Numbered from the stretch's first letter, positions 1 to 9,697 are shown. The stretch is 64,000 nucleotides of DNA from Bdellovibrionales bacterium (GCA_023301025.1 JALZUR010000021.1:1183-65182); one strand, 5' to 3'. Numbers and translations: made by a program. The notes: generated by a model from the letters alone, not told the origin.

Positions 1-159
1 TCACACTCACCAGGATATACAGCGCTTTCGCTAGATCATTTACTTACGACTACGGGTTTTTCAGAGACTCATTCTTTAAAAGAAGAGATGTTTGTTTCTC
101 ATAAAAGTAGACCACTTCCATCGGGCTTTTGCTCCTGGAGGTCAAACTTATCTTTATAG
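1..159 (+). CDS. 3' end of an unidentified gene entering from the left edge (partial)
   Basis: Frame 1 is open from base 1 to TAG at 157-159 (52 codons without a stop in an AT-rich sequence). Translation: ...SPGYTALSLDHLLTTTGFSETHSLKEEMFVSHKSRPLPSGF... No family recognised. Confidence 0.3.
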   Translation, partial: SHSPGYTALSLDHLLTTTGFSETHSLKEEMFVSHKSRPLPSGFCSWRSNLSL

Positions 160-162
160 CTG

Positions 163-921
163 TTAAAGTTTGTTTTTTTTACCTAAGGCATGAAGAGTCT
201 TTAAAAGTTCTTTTGAGGCTTTAGTCTTTTCTATTTCAAGTCTTCGTTTCTGTTCTTTAGAAGTGGGTTTGATTTTTTTAAGTTTTTTAATTTGCGTGTT
301 TAGTTCATCGACTTTTCTTTCTAATTTAGTATTTTCAGTTTCTAAGCGTTTATTTAACCCTTCTTGATAGCTCTTAAGAAGAACTTCTTTTTTATTGGTT
401 AATAGGCAGTATTCCGAAAGCTTTTTTTCTTCAAAGCCATCTCTATATGCCTGTCTTTTATTACAATGTTTTAGAAGTCCTAAGTTAAAAAATTTGCTAT
501 AGGTTTTTGTTTTTAAGCAGAGTGGGTGCTTCGGCTGACCTTGTTTTGAGTCAATTTTTGCCTGTTTGATGCTGCAGCTGTTCATTAGTGAAGCGTCATA
601 CCACTTTTTATATTGAGCAATATCTTCACATACTTTATCAATCTCTAAATGTGAATTCGCTCTTAACTGGGCTCTTTTTAGAGTGCAGTAGTTTTTAAGT
701 CCTTTTTTTTGTCCATCTAAATACTTCTCTTTGTATTCTATTTGAGTTTCGTAAGAGCATTTTGGGCTAAGGTGATTTAAGTGGTTTATGCCAAGCTCCC
801 CATCTTTTTGGCCTTTTAGACGCGCTTTATCTAAGTTACAGCTGTTTACAACTTTTTTATGTGAAGAGCATGAAACTAATATAAAGAATCCAAGTAAAAA
901 TGGTAAAAGTTTGAAATGCAT
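163..921 (-). CDS. Lipoprotein with four Cys-paired tandem repeats and a C-terminal coiled coil
   Basis: Internal ATG at 921 gives the signal peptide MHFKLLPFLLGFFILVSC with lipobox LVSC; the ORF-track TTG start at 957 is judged unlikely. Eight further Cys lie in a repeated C-x3-4-A...C...Y...C pattern (CNLDKARL, CTLKRAQL, CSIKQAKI, CNKRQAY). The tail is Lys/Glu-rich and helical (LETENTKLERKVDELNTQIKKLKK). From memory it resembles the DUF2799 lipoprotein pattern; not verified. Confidence 0.6.
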   Translation of the reverse strand: MHFKLLPFLLGFFILVSCSSHKKVVNSCNLDKARLKGQKDGELGINHLNHLSPKCSYETQIEYKEKYLDGQKKGLKNYCTLKRAQLRANSHLEIDKVCEDIAQYKKWYDASLMNSCSIKQAKIDSKQGQPKHPLCLKTKTYSKFFNLGLLKHCNKRQAYRDGFEEKKLSEYCLLTNKKEVLLKSYQEGLNKRLETENTKLERKVDELNTQIKKLKKIKPTSKEQKRRLEIEKTKASKELLKTLHALGKKNKL

Positions 922-1049
922 ATAAATAGTGCTATAAATATTGTCATAAAAAAGCAAGTAGAATGTATTGTATTTACTTTTTTTAAGGATTGATGTGCTT
1001 GGCTTGTATAAAACTAGTCATAATAAGCATGTTTAGATGAGGAGTTCAC

Positions 1050-1790
1050 ATGTCAGAACCAGTTGATTGGACGAATTGGTTAAACCATGAGTTAAAAACG
1101 CCACTGAATAGAATGGAAAGCCTTATTCTATCTCTTAAAAAGTCCAAACTTTCAGGTTTTAGTGAGCAAAAAATAATGATGTCTCTTATGAGCTCATTAG
1201 AAGAGTGCAGGTCTACAATAGATTCACTTTTTCTATTCAATAAGATTCAGGTTGATAATATTCATTTGAAGCTAAACCATTATGATATCAATACATTGGT
1301 GACTCAAGTTTGTCAGGATTTAGATCTAGTTGCTGAAGCAAAACACGTTAAATTTATTATAGAAGCAGAGCCTTTATTTTTAATCCCTTTAGATGAACAG
1401 CTTTTTAAAAGAGCTTTGTCTAACATTATAACTAATGCTGTTAAGTTTAGTCCAAATGACTCAAAAATTTTAATCTCAACGGAGTCTATTAACCGTAAGT
1501 TCTACATTCAAGTTGCTGATCAAGGTGTAGGTATGGATGAAAATGAACTTAATAAAATTTTTGACCCTTACTACAGAGTTGAACAAAGCTCCTATATACC
1601 AGGAACTGGTCTAGGGCTTTTTATTGCAAAAAGCTTTATGAAGTCTTTAAATGGAAGAATTTCTGTTGATTCAGTTAAGGGAGCAGGAACTACATTTACT
1701 ATGATTTTGGATGTTGATGCTTTAGAAAAGATAAATCAATTGAATGAGGAAAAGATAGATTCTTCTTTGAAGGGGGAGCATGCTCTTTAA
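1050..1790 (+). CDS. Minimal cytoplasmic sensor histidine kinase (DHp + HATPase only; no TM or sensor domain)
   Basis: H-box LNHELKTPLN begins at residue 11. N-box NIITNAVKFSP, G1 DQGVGMD, G2 GTGLGL. GAGGAG RBS lies before the ATG and an in-frame TGA 12 nt upstream prevents extension. Confidence 0.85.
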   Translation: MSEPVDWTNWLNHELKTPLNRMESLILSLKKSKLSGFSEQKIMMSLMSSLEECRSTIDSLFLFNKIQVDNIHLKLNHYDINTLVTQVCQDLDLVAEAKHVKFIIEAEPLFLIPLDEQLFKRALSNIITNAVKFSPNDSKILISTESINRKFYIQVADQGVGMDENELNKIFDPYYRVEQSSYIPGTGLGLFIAKSFMKSLNGRISVDSVKGAGTTFTMILDVDALEKINQLNEEKIDSSLKGEHAL

Positions 1791-3297
1791 AACCTTAATA
1801 ATAGATGATGATTATATCTTAAGAAACTCTTTGGATGATATTTTTCAAGAGCATAAAAGTATTGATAAAGTTGTTCATGCGGAAAATGGGAAAAGAGGCT
1901 TAGACAGGTTAAAGAGTGAAGAGTTTGATTTAGTTTTTATAGACATTGATATGCCAATCTTAGATGGCATGAGTGTTTTAAGAAGTGCTATTGATGAACA
2001 TCCTGAACGTATTTTTGTTATGATGACCTCTTTTGGTAAAATTACAGACGCTGTAGAGTCTATAAAGCTTGGTGCTTTTAATTTTATTGAAAAGCCCTTA
2101 AGAAAAGATGCTGTTTTTAAACTTTTAGATGAAATTTCTAATGCTGTAGATCTTTTAAAAAAGATGGAGCATCTTTCGCCTTTGGCTTTTGAAGAAGGTA
2201 AAGAGATAATTGGTAAAACCTCAGAAGTTAAAGAGGTCTTAGATTTAATTCAACGACTATCTAAAGTGATGACACCTGTTCTTATACAAGGAGAGTCTGG
2301 TACTGGTAAAGAGCTTGTTGCAAGAGCGCTTCATTCGAATTCTCCTAGAAAATCAAAACCCTTTATCTCTACGAACTGTTCGGCTATTCCTGAGAATCTT
2401 TTTGAATCAGAATTTTTTGGCCATGAAAAAGGAAGTTTTACTGGTGCAGATGATAAAAAGATTGGGAAGTTTCAATTTGCGCAAGGTGGAACACTTTTTT
2501 TAGATGAAATTGGAGATCTTAGTTTATTGAATCAGGTCAAACTTTTAAGAGTACTTCAAGAGAAAAAATACAGTCCCCTTGGATCACATATCGAAGTGCC
2601 TTATGATGTGAGAATTGTTGCAGCTACTCATAAAAATTTGGAGCAAATGGTTTTAGACAAAGAGTTCAGACAAGATTTGTACTTTAGACTTAATGTGATG
2701 AACCTTACCCTCCCAAGTTTAAAAGAAAGAAAAGAAGACATTCCTGATTTAATAAAGATCTTTATTGATAACTTTAACTTAAAGCATGAAAAAAATATTT
2801 TAGGGTGCACAAAAAACTACTTAAAAGCTCTTATGGACTATGATTTTCCTGGAAATATCAGAGAGTTAGAAAATGCGCTAGAACGAGCTTTTGTATTAAC
2901 TGATCAAGCATGGATTGATGTGGGCGCACTTCCAAGACAAATCACATTAAAAGAAAATAAAAGTACCAGTGAAAATACAGAGCCTAGTTTCAAAGATCAA
3001 AACGAATTTAAAGGTAAGCAGTCATCAGTTAAAGAAAATAGTTCAATTAAAAATTCAGACACTTTTAGCAGTGAGTCTTTAAAAAGCCTGCAACCTGAAA
3101 TTGCTATAGATTCCAGGGATCTGAACTTTCAAAAAAACAAAGATGAGTTTGAAAAAAAATTTATTGAAGAGGCCTTAAAAAGAAATAAAGGTATGTTAAA
3201 TCAAACAGCTCTTCAGGCAAATATTCCTAAAAAAACACTTCAAAGAAAAATTCAGAAGTACAATATTGATTTGCTTAATTTTAAGTTAAAAAAATAG
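1780..3297 (+). CDS. Sigma-54-dependent response regulator (REC + AAA+ activator + Fis-type HTH), NtrC family
   Basis: Receiver motif DLVFIDIDMP, Walker A GESGTGKE, GAFTGA-loop variant EKGSFTGA, C-terminal HTH NQTALQANIPKKTLQRKIQKYNI. The ATG overlaps the kinase stop by 11 nt. Confidence 0.9.
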   Translation: MLFKTLIIDDDYILRNSLDDIFQEHKSIDKVVHAENGKRGLDRLKSEEFDLVFIDIDMPILDGMSVLRSAIDEHPERIFVMMTSFGKITDAVESIKLGAFNFIEKPLRKDAVFKLLDEISNAVDLLKKMEHLSPLAFEEGKEIIGKTSEVKEVLDLIQRLSKVMTPVLIQGESGTGKELVARALHSNSPRKSKPFISTNCSAIPENLFESEFFGHEKGSFTGADDKKIGKFQFAQGGTLFLDEIGDLSLLNQVKLLRVLQEKKYSPLGSHIEVPYDVRIVAATHKNLEQMVLDKEFRQDLYFRLNVMNLTLPSLKERKEDIPDLIKIFIDNFNLKHEKNILGCTKNYLKALMDYDFPGNIRELENALERAFVLTDQAWIDVGALPRQITLKENKSTSENTEPSFKDQNEFKGKQSSVKENSSIKNSDTFSSESLKSLQPEIAIDSRDLNFQKNKDEFEKKFIEEALKRNKGMLNQTALQANIPKKTLQRKIQKYNIDLLNFKLKK

Positions 3298-3449
3298 GCA
3301 TATAAAGAGTCAAGCCTTCTCCAGAACTTTAACCTTGTTTAAAATTTGACCTTAAATCAATTTAAATTCAATTTGAAACCTGCTTTTTATGAAGGCTTAG
3401 TGTTTTTAGTTGCCTTATAAGACAGAGAAATATTAAAACATAGGGTCTT

Positions 3450-4070
3450 ATGTCTTATAAAAAAATGCCACCACAAGCTTACACAAAAGAGACTCTTCAA
3501 GAGGCCTTTGAGTGGTGGAACCAACAACCTGAAGATTTTAGAGATAAAGTTCAGGATAAAGACGATCTTGTTGGCTATTACTTAAAAGTCAGAAGAAGCC
3601 CAATGGACACAGAAGTCAGTGAAGTTGCTAAAGCATCTTTTTCGTCAGAGCTAAAAGGGCTTGCAAAAAATTTAGATGATTTTGAAAGTTATAAAGCAAG
3701 TAGAGCCATGAATAACAGAGTTGGCGGTGGGTCAAATCAAAGCTTTTCAGTGCCCCCATCATTTATAACTCCTGAAAAAACTGAACAGCAAGCCCCCTCT
3801 GTACAATTAAATTTTCCCGAGATGACAAAAAGCGCAGCTGTTGCTGAAAATGCTTTGGTTTTTGAACGAAAAAAGAGTGTTCCAGCAGTTAAGCCTCAAA
3901 TTGATGTCCAGGCTATGGACTCAAATAAGTACTTTAAATTAGATACTGAGTCTTTAAAGTCTCTTAGAAAAATTAGAAAGGCTTTAAATTTATCCTCTGA
4001 TCAAGAGGCTTTAAGAGCTATTGTTGCGGCTGGGACGTCCAGACTTAGCTCTCTTTGCTCTAAAAAGTAG
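3450..4070 (+). CDS. Hypothetical protein (206 aa), no recognisable domain
   Basis: Long ORF in a gene-dense context with no signal peptide; only a weak RBS. Confidence 0.45.
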   Translation: MSYKKMPPQAYTKETLQEAFEWWNQQPEDFRDKVQDKDDLVGYYLKVRRSPMDTEVSEVAKASFSSELKGLAKNLDDFESYKASRAMNNRVGGGSNQSFSVPPSFITPEKTEQQAPSVQLNFPEMTKSAAVAENALVFERKKSVPAVKPQIDVQAMDSNKYFKLDTESLKSLRKIRKALNLSSDQEALRAIVAAGTSRLSSLCSKK

Positions 4071-4162
4071 AATCTTAAGATATTTATATATGAATTGATT
4101 CACTTCTCATTTGTAGAAGACTTTAGATTTGTGTATAAAATTTGATCTCTAGGAGTGTTCAA

Positions 4163-6925
4163 ATGAAACTTAAAGACAGCTTAAATTTACCAAAAACTGA
4201 TTTTCCAATGCGAGCTAATTTGCCAGAAAATGAACCAAAAAGGTTAAAGTCTTGGGAAGAAAAAGACATTTATAATAAGCTGCAAGATCAAAATAAAAAG
4301 TCAGGTAAAAACTTCTCAATGCCTGATGGCCCTCCTTATGCAAATGGAAACATTCACTTAGGTCATGTTTTAAATAAAGTTTTAAAAGATATCACTTTAA
4401 AACAAAAAGCAATGATGGGATATCACGCCCCTTTGTTTCCAGGTTGGGATGGTCATGGTCTTCCTATTGAACTAAAAGTAACAAAAGCTCTTGGACCAAA
4501 AAGAAAAGAAAAAACAAAAAAAGAAGTAAGATCTCTTTGTCGTGATGAGGCAAAAAAGTGGATAAAAAAACAAGAAGAGCAGTTTAAACGCTTGGGTGTT
4601 ATGGCTCATTGGGATCAGCCTTATTGGACTATTCATACAGATTATGAAGCTGAAGAAGTTAGAGTCTTATCTAAAATTTATGACAAGGGTCTTATTTACA
4701 AAGGGAAAAAGCCTGTTTTTTGGTGCCCAAGACTACAAACGGCACTTGCAGACACAGAGGTTGAGTATATTGATCACGTGAGTCCTTCGATTTTTGTGTC
4801 ATTCCCCTTTAAAAAAGAAAACTTAAAAGACAGTGTCTTAAAAGATTTTTTAGATGAAACAATTTCTGCAGTTATTTGGACCACAACACCTTGGACACTT
4901 CCTGCTAATCTTGGAATTTGTGTTCATCCAGACTTTGACTATCAGCTTTTAGACACCTCTAAGGGACGTCTTATCTTAGCAAAAGATCTAATAGAGTCTG
5001 TTGTAAAAGAAACAGAGCTTGAAGTTCAAAGCGTTCTTTTAGAGTTTAAAGGAAAAGATGTAGAAGGTTTAAAAGCAGATCACCCTCTTATAAAAAGAGA
5101 ATCACTTTTTATGTGTGGCGATCATGTGACTTTAGAGGCGGGTACTGGTCTGGTTCACACCGCGCCTGGGCATGGTGTCGATGACTATCAAGTTGGTTTA
5201 AAAAATAACCTTGAAATATACAGCCCTGTTGGGCCTGATGGCAGATACACTAAAGATTATGAAGCAAGACAAGGGGAGTTTATCTTTGATGCCAACCCTG
5301 AGATTGTTAAAGATTTAGAAAGTGCTGGGCACTTGATCCATCACAAAAACTTCAAACACAGTTACCCTCACAATTGGCGTTCAAAAACACCTCTAATTTT
5401 TAGAGCCACTCCTCAGTGGTTTTTAAAAGTTGATGATGAAGAGTTTAGTGTTAGAAAAAAAGCTTTGATGCTTGCTGATGAAAGCATTGGCTTTGTTCCG
5501 GAGTGGGGTAAAGCCCGTTTAGATGGAATGCTTAAGAATAGGCCAGACTGGTGCATATCAAGACAAAGAGTTTGGGGTGTTCCTATACCTGCACTAATTT
5601 GCAATTCTTGTGGTGAAGCTTGGACTAGTGCTGAGTTTATGTCATCTGTTGCTGATCTTATGGAAAAAAGCGGTGAAGGTATTGAAGCTTACTTTGAAGG
5701 TGACTTAAAAGACTTGTATCCTAAAAAGTGTTCTCATTGTAATGGAGATAGTTTTAGCAAATCTGAAGATACTTTAGATGTGTGGTTTGACAGTGGTGTT
5801 TGTCATTCAGCAGTGCAAAGAAAACGAGAAGGTTTAAAGGCTCCTGCAGATATTTATCTTGAAGGCTCCGATCAGCATCGTGGATGGTTTCAAACAAGCT
5901 TACTCTCTTCAGTGGCAGCTTATGATGAAGCCCCTTTTAAGACATTGATCACTCATGGTTTTGTAAATGACTCAAAAGGCAGAAAGATGTCTAAAAGCTT
6001 AGGTAATGTTATTGACCCTATGGATGTTATTAAAAAATCAGGCTCCGAGATTTTAAGATTGTGGGTGTCTTATGAAGACTACGGACAAGATGTAAATGTC
6101 TCGCAAGAGATCTTTTTAAGAGTTACTGAAACCTACAGAAGAATAAGAAACACTATGCGTTTTATTCTAGGAAATATCAGTGACTTTAAAGATTCTGAAA
6201 TTAAACCTAAAGAGTTAAATCCCCTAGACCGTTGGGCTTTGATGAAGCTTAACAATTTGATTGAAGATGTTAGAGGGCATTATGAAAACTACTGTTACTA
6301 TAAGGTTTATCATGCTCTTAATCTCTTTTTTACAGTAGACTTGAGTGCAAGGTATTTAGATATTTTAAAAGACCGTTTGTATGTCGAGCATGAAGATTCA
6401 AATTTAAGACGATCTTCTCAATATGTTTTAAGTAAAATTGTTAAAGAGACCTCTCTTTTAATGGCACCTATATTAAGTTTTCTTTCCGATGAAGTTTATG
6501 AACATTTGAATATTAAAGAAAAAAAAGAATCTGTATTCCTAGAGTCTATGCCTGAGTTTGATGAGACTTTAAATGATAATGTGCTTTTACAAGAGTATGA
6601 AGAGCTTTTTGAGTTAAGATCTGAGGTTTCAAAAGCCTTAGAAGAAATGAGAGCTGATAAAAAGATAAGAGCAAGCTTAGAGGCACAGGTTATTTTGAGT
6701 AAAAAACATCTTAAACACGAACTTTGGGAAAAATATAAAGACTCGCTAGCTGAACTTTTTATTGTATCTAAAGTCGAATACGTAGACAATAATGAAGAAC
6801 TTAAAGTTTTACTTGCCGAAGGTGAGAAATGTCCTCGCTGTTGGCATATTGATGAGTTAAAGGAGCATTCCGTCGGTGAATCTCTATGTAAGAGATGCAC
6901 TGAGGTTATGAATAAAATAGTATGA
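4163..6925 (+). CDS. ileS: Isoleucine--tRNA ligase (type 1, with C-terminal zinc finger)
   Basis: HIGH-class motif NGNIHLGH, KMSKS motif, CPRCWH...CKRC C-terminus. AGGAG lies 7 nt upstream of ATG 4163; the ORF-track TTG at 4142 is judged unlikely. Confidence 0.97.
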   Translation: MKLKDSLNLPKTDFPMRANLPENEPKRLKSWEEKDIYNKLQDQNKKSGKNFSMPDGPPYANGNIHLGHVLNKVLKDITLKQKAMMGYHAPLFPGWDGHGLPIELKVTKALGPKRKEKTKKEVRSLCRDEAKKWIKKQEEQFKRLGVMAHWDQPYWTIHTDYEAEEVRVLSKIYDKGLIYKGKKPVFWCPRLQTALADTEVEYIDHVSPSIFVSFPFKKENLKDSVLKDFLDETISAVIWTTTPWTLPANLGICVHPDFDYQLLDTSKGRLILAKDLIESVVKETELEVQSVLLEFKGKDVEGLKADHPLIKRESLFMCGDHVTLEAGTGLVHTAPGHGVDDYQVGLKNNLEIYSPVGPDGRYTKDYEARQGEFIFDANPEIVKDLESAGHLIHHKNFKHSYPHNWRSKTPLIFRATPQWFLKVDDEEFSVRKKALMLADESIGFVPEWGKARLDGMLKNRPDWCISRQRVWGVPIPALICNSCGEAWTSAEFMSSVADLMEKSGEGIEAYFEGDLKDLYPKKCSHCNGDSFSKSEDTLDVWFDSGVCHSAVQRKREGLKAPADIYLEGSDQHRGWFQTSLLSSVAAYDEAPFKTLITHGFVNDSKGRKMSKSLGNVIDPMDVIKKSGSEILRLWVSYEDYGQDVNVSQEIFLRVTETYRRIRNTMRFILGNISDFKDSEIKPKELNPLDRWALMKLNNLIEDVRGHYENYCYYKVYHALNLFFTVDLSARYLDILKDRLYVEHEDSNLRRSSQYVLSKIVKETSLLMAPILSFLSDEVYEHLNIKEKKESVFLESMPEFDETLNDNVLLQEYEELFELRSEVSKALEEMRADKKIRASLEAQVILSKKHLKHELWEKYKDSLAELFIVSKVEYVDNNEELKVLLAEGEKCPRCWHIDELKEHSVGESLCKRCTEVMNKIV

Positions 6926-7401
6926 AAAAAAAGTATGTGATACTAGCAATTGTATCTTTAATTGTAATTCTAATAGATCAAGTGACTAAAATGGCTATTC
7001 ATTCAGGTTACGCTCTTCATGAGAGTCATGCTGTAATTGATGGCTTTTTTAGTTTAACTTATGTAAGAAACCCTGGAGCTGCTTTTGGTTTTCTACAAGG
7101 TGCACCTGAAATCTTTAGAAAGATTTTCTTTTTATCAGTCACTCCTGTGGCACTCTTAGTGATTCACTACTTTTTGAAAACAACAAAAGATCAGTATTTG
7201 GGGCAAATTGTTTCACTTTGTTTGGTTTTCGGTGGCGCTATAGGGAACTACATTGATAGAGTACGTTTTGGTTATGTAATAGATTTTTTAGATTTTTACC
7301 TAAAAGGTGTTCATTATCCAGCCTTTAATGTGGCAGATTCGGCAATTGTTGTGGGAATAGTTTTTCTACTTATCAGCACTTACCGTGATGAAAAGGCATA
7401 A
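6922..7401 (+). CDS. lspA: Lipoprotein signal peptidase (signal peptidase II)
   Basis: 159 aa with four hydrophobic segments; motifs NPGAAFG, GNYIDR and FNVADS. ATGA overlap with the ileS stop. Confidence 0.93.
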   Translation: MKKKYVILAIVSLIVILIDQVTKMAIHSGYALHESHAVIDGFFSLTYVRNPGAAFGFLQGAPEIFRKIFFLSVTPVALLVIHYFLKTTKDQYLGQIVSLCLVFGGAIGNYIDRVRFGYVIDFLDFYLKGVHYPAFNVADSAIVVGIVFLLISTYRDEKA

Positions 7402-7416
7402 GTTAAACCCCATCTG

Positions 7417-8166
7417 ATGTTACCAGAACTTAAAATATTAGGTCTTTTCTTACCTACGTATTTTTTAGTACTTTCTTTAGTTTTTTCCTTAATTGTTTTT
7501 GTGCTTGTAAGCAGAGCAAAAAAAAATGGTTTAGCTGTATCAAAGGCTCTAGATCTCTACCTTTGTGTTTTTTTTGGGTCCTTAATCGGTGCACGTCTTT
7601 TTTATGTTTTTTACCAAGAGCCTTCGTATTTTTTATCTAATCCACTAGAAATCTTATACTTTTGGAATGGAGGCTTGGTCTTTTTTGGAGGCTTTATTGG
7701 TGGCACATTATCTATTTTAGCTTTTTGTCTTTTTAAAAAAGAAAGTCTGATTTTATGGTTAAACTTTTGTGCGCCACTTCTTGCTCTTGGTTATGGTCTA
7801 GGGCGTATAGCTTGTTTTTTAAATGGCTGTTGTTACGGAGAAGTTACAACTGTCTGGTGGGCTGTATTTATGCATGAAGCCTTAAGACATCCCACGCAGA
7901 TTTACGCATTATTTATGGAGCTTTTGTTATATTTTCTTTTAATTTTGTATGAGAGGAAAAAAGGATTTAATTTTCTAAAGCCACCTGTTTTTTCTTTGTG
8001 GCTCATAGGGCACGGCATTGGACGCTTAGTTATGGAGAACTATAGAGCAGACAACAGAGGGGATCTTGTTTTTGGCTCAATATCCGTCTCATCATTTATA
8101 AGTTTTCTATTAATATTACTTGGGGTTTTTTGTTCACTTTGGATCACTAAAAAACAAATCGCATAG
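7417..8166 (+). CDS. lgt: Prolipoprotein diacylglyceryl transferase
   Basis: Polytopic membrane protein with motifs GGLVFFGGFIGG, GRIACFLNGCCYG and HPTQIY. Confidence 0.93.
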   Translation: MLPELKILGLFLPTYFLVLSLVFSLIVFVLVSRAKKNGLAVSKALDLYLCVFFGSLIGARLFYVFYQEPSYFLSNPLEILYFWNGGLVFFGGFIGGTLSILAFCLFKKESLILWLNFCAPLLALGYGLGRIACFLNGCCYGEVTTVWWAVFMHEALRHPTQIYALFMELLLYFLLILYERKKGFNFLKPPVFSLWLIGHGIGRLVMENYRADNRGDLVFGSISVSSFISFLLILLGVFCSLWITKKQIA

Positions 8167-8178
8167 TTTATTAATAAA

Positions 8179-8880
8179 TTAGCTTTTTTCAAAGACGTAA
8201 ATATAACTTGCACCAAACATCAAAGTTTTAAAATAAGCGTTTTTAAGATTTTTAAAATTTTTACTTAAGGCTATAAAATTACCTTTAGAAGGAAATTTTT
8301 GTGAAGAGTTACTTAAGTATTTATAAGCATCTTTTTTTTTTGTAACTAATCCGCCAATAAAAGGTGTAACGTGTTTTGTGTAAAATGTAATAGGCCAGTT
8401 TAAAATCCCTTCACCTTCACCAGTCTCTAAAATAAGAAGTTTACCATTAGGTTTTAGCACTCTCCACATTTCACTTAAACCCACTTTTGGATCTTGAACA
8501 TTTCTGATACCGTATGCGATAGTTACTGTGTCAAAAGACTGATCTTCATAAGGCAGCTCCATGACATCTCCTAATTGAAATTTAACATCTAAGTTTTTTT
8601 TATTAGCTTTGTGGGGGGCTAGATCTAACATCTCTTTACAAAAATCTTGACCCACAACTCTAGACTCTTTGCCTAGATGTTTTTTAAAGGCAAGTGCTAA
8701 GTCGCCTGTACCTGTTGCACAGTCTAGCACTGCTCCATCTTTTGGAGTTTCAGAAAGCTTAACAATCTTATTTCTCCATTTGTGAGCAAGGCCAAAAGTA
8801 AGGGCATTATTTGCTAAATCATAGGTCTTAGCTACATCAGAAAACATATTTTTTGTTTTTTCAGCTTTAGGACCTTCCAT
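8179..8880 (-). CDS. ubiE: Demethylmenaquinone/ubiquinone C-methyltransferase
   Basis: N-terminus MFSDVAKTYDLAN, SAM motif VLDCATGTGD, FDTVTIAYGIRNV, LKPNGKLLILE. The start overlaps the upstream DAHP synthase gene by 14 nt. Confidence 0.9.
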   Translation of the reverse strand: MEGPKAEKTKNMFSDVAKTYDLANNALTFGLAHKWRNKIVKLSETPKDGAVLDCATGTGDLALAFKKHLGKESRVVGQDFCKEMLDLAPHKANKKNLDVKFQLGDVMELPYEDQSFDTVTIAYGIRNVQDPKVGLSEMWRVLKPNGKLLILETGEGEGILNWPITFYTKHVTPFIGGLVTKKKDAYKYLSNSSQKFPSKGNFIALSKNFKNLKNAYFKTLMFGASYIYVFEKS

Positions 8881-9649
8881 AAATATGTCTCCCTTGAATA
8901 TTTAAAAGAGCTTGGGCTTGATCTAAAAATAGGCGCATATCTTCAGGTTTTACCGCTTGCTGTCCATCAGATAGTGCGTCTTCAGGTTTGTTATGAACCT
9001 CAATCAAAAGACCATCAGCCCCTGCCGCAAGAGCTGCCATTGCGATTGGTAAGACCATGTAAGATTCACCTGTTCCGTGACTTGGGTCTGCGATGACTGG
9101 TAAGTGCGAATGTTTTTTTAAAAAAGGAATTATATTGATATCAAATGTGTTTCTGGTTTCTTTTACAAAAGTTCTAATGCCTCTTTCACAAAGGAGTACC
9201 GATTCATTTCCTTGAGAGGTGATGTACTCTGCAGCATTTAAAAATTCAGAATAGGTTGCAGAAAAAGCTCGTTTTAAAAGCACAGGGGTTTTGCTTTGTC
9301 CAAGCTCTTTTAAAAGATCGTAGTTGTACATGTTTCGTGTGCCAACCTGAAAGGCTTTAGTAAAAGGCATTAGTTTTTCGATCTGTCTAGGGTCAGTAAC
9401 CTCAGTCACAAAGGGCATATTGTAGGTGTCCGTTACTTTTTTAACAAGATCAAAGCCATCTTCACCCATACCTTGAAAAGACTCTGCTTTACTTCTTAAT
9501 TTGTAAAGTCCACCTCTTAATAAAGGAATACCCATGTCTTTTAAATCTTTAGCAATACAACTAAGTTGAGTCTCTGATTCTACAGAACAAGGACCCGCAA
9601 TTACGGGTACTGCTTTTTCACCAAATTTTACCCCTCCAATTTGAATCAT
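8867..9649 (-). CDS. 3-deoxy-7-phosphoheptulonate (DAHP) synthase, short type I-beta form
   Basis: Motifs GPCSVES, LRGGLYKLRS...FQG, QVGTRNMYNYDLL, LCERGIRTF, DPSHGTG, GLLIEVH. The KPRT(S) motif is variant (KLRSK). Confidence 0.8.
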   Translation of the reverse strand: MIQIGGVKFGEKAVPVIAGPCSVESETQLSCIAKDLKDMGIPLLRGGLYKLRSKAESFQGMGEDGFDLVKKVTDTYNMPFVTEVTDPRQIEKLMPFTKAFQVGTRNMYNYDLLKELGQSKTPVLLKRAFSATYSEFLNAAEYITSQGNESVLLCERGIRTFVKETRNTFDINIIPFLKKHSHLPVIADPSHGTGESYMVLPIAMAALAAGADGLLIEVHNKPEDALSDGQQAVKPEDMRLFLDQAQALLNIQGRHIYGRS

Positions 9650-9697
9650 CTTTTTATGCTCCTTTTAACTCACCACATGTCGTGATAAAGTCCTAGC

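Noticed and set aside
6496-6900. 134-codon antisense ORF inside ileS, plus similar antisense ORFs at 26952-27221, 28477-28770, 31125-31469, 58797-59171 and 63294-63650
   Set aside because: All lie fully inside strongly supported genes on the opposite strand. Their products are Ser/Leu-rich low-complexity mirror images of Glu/Lys-rich coding sequence, with no RBS or recognisable motifs. They are shadow ORFs.
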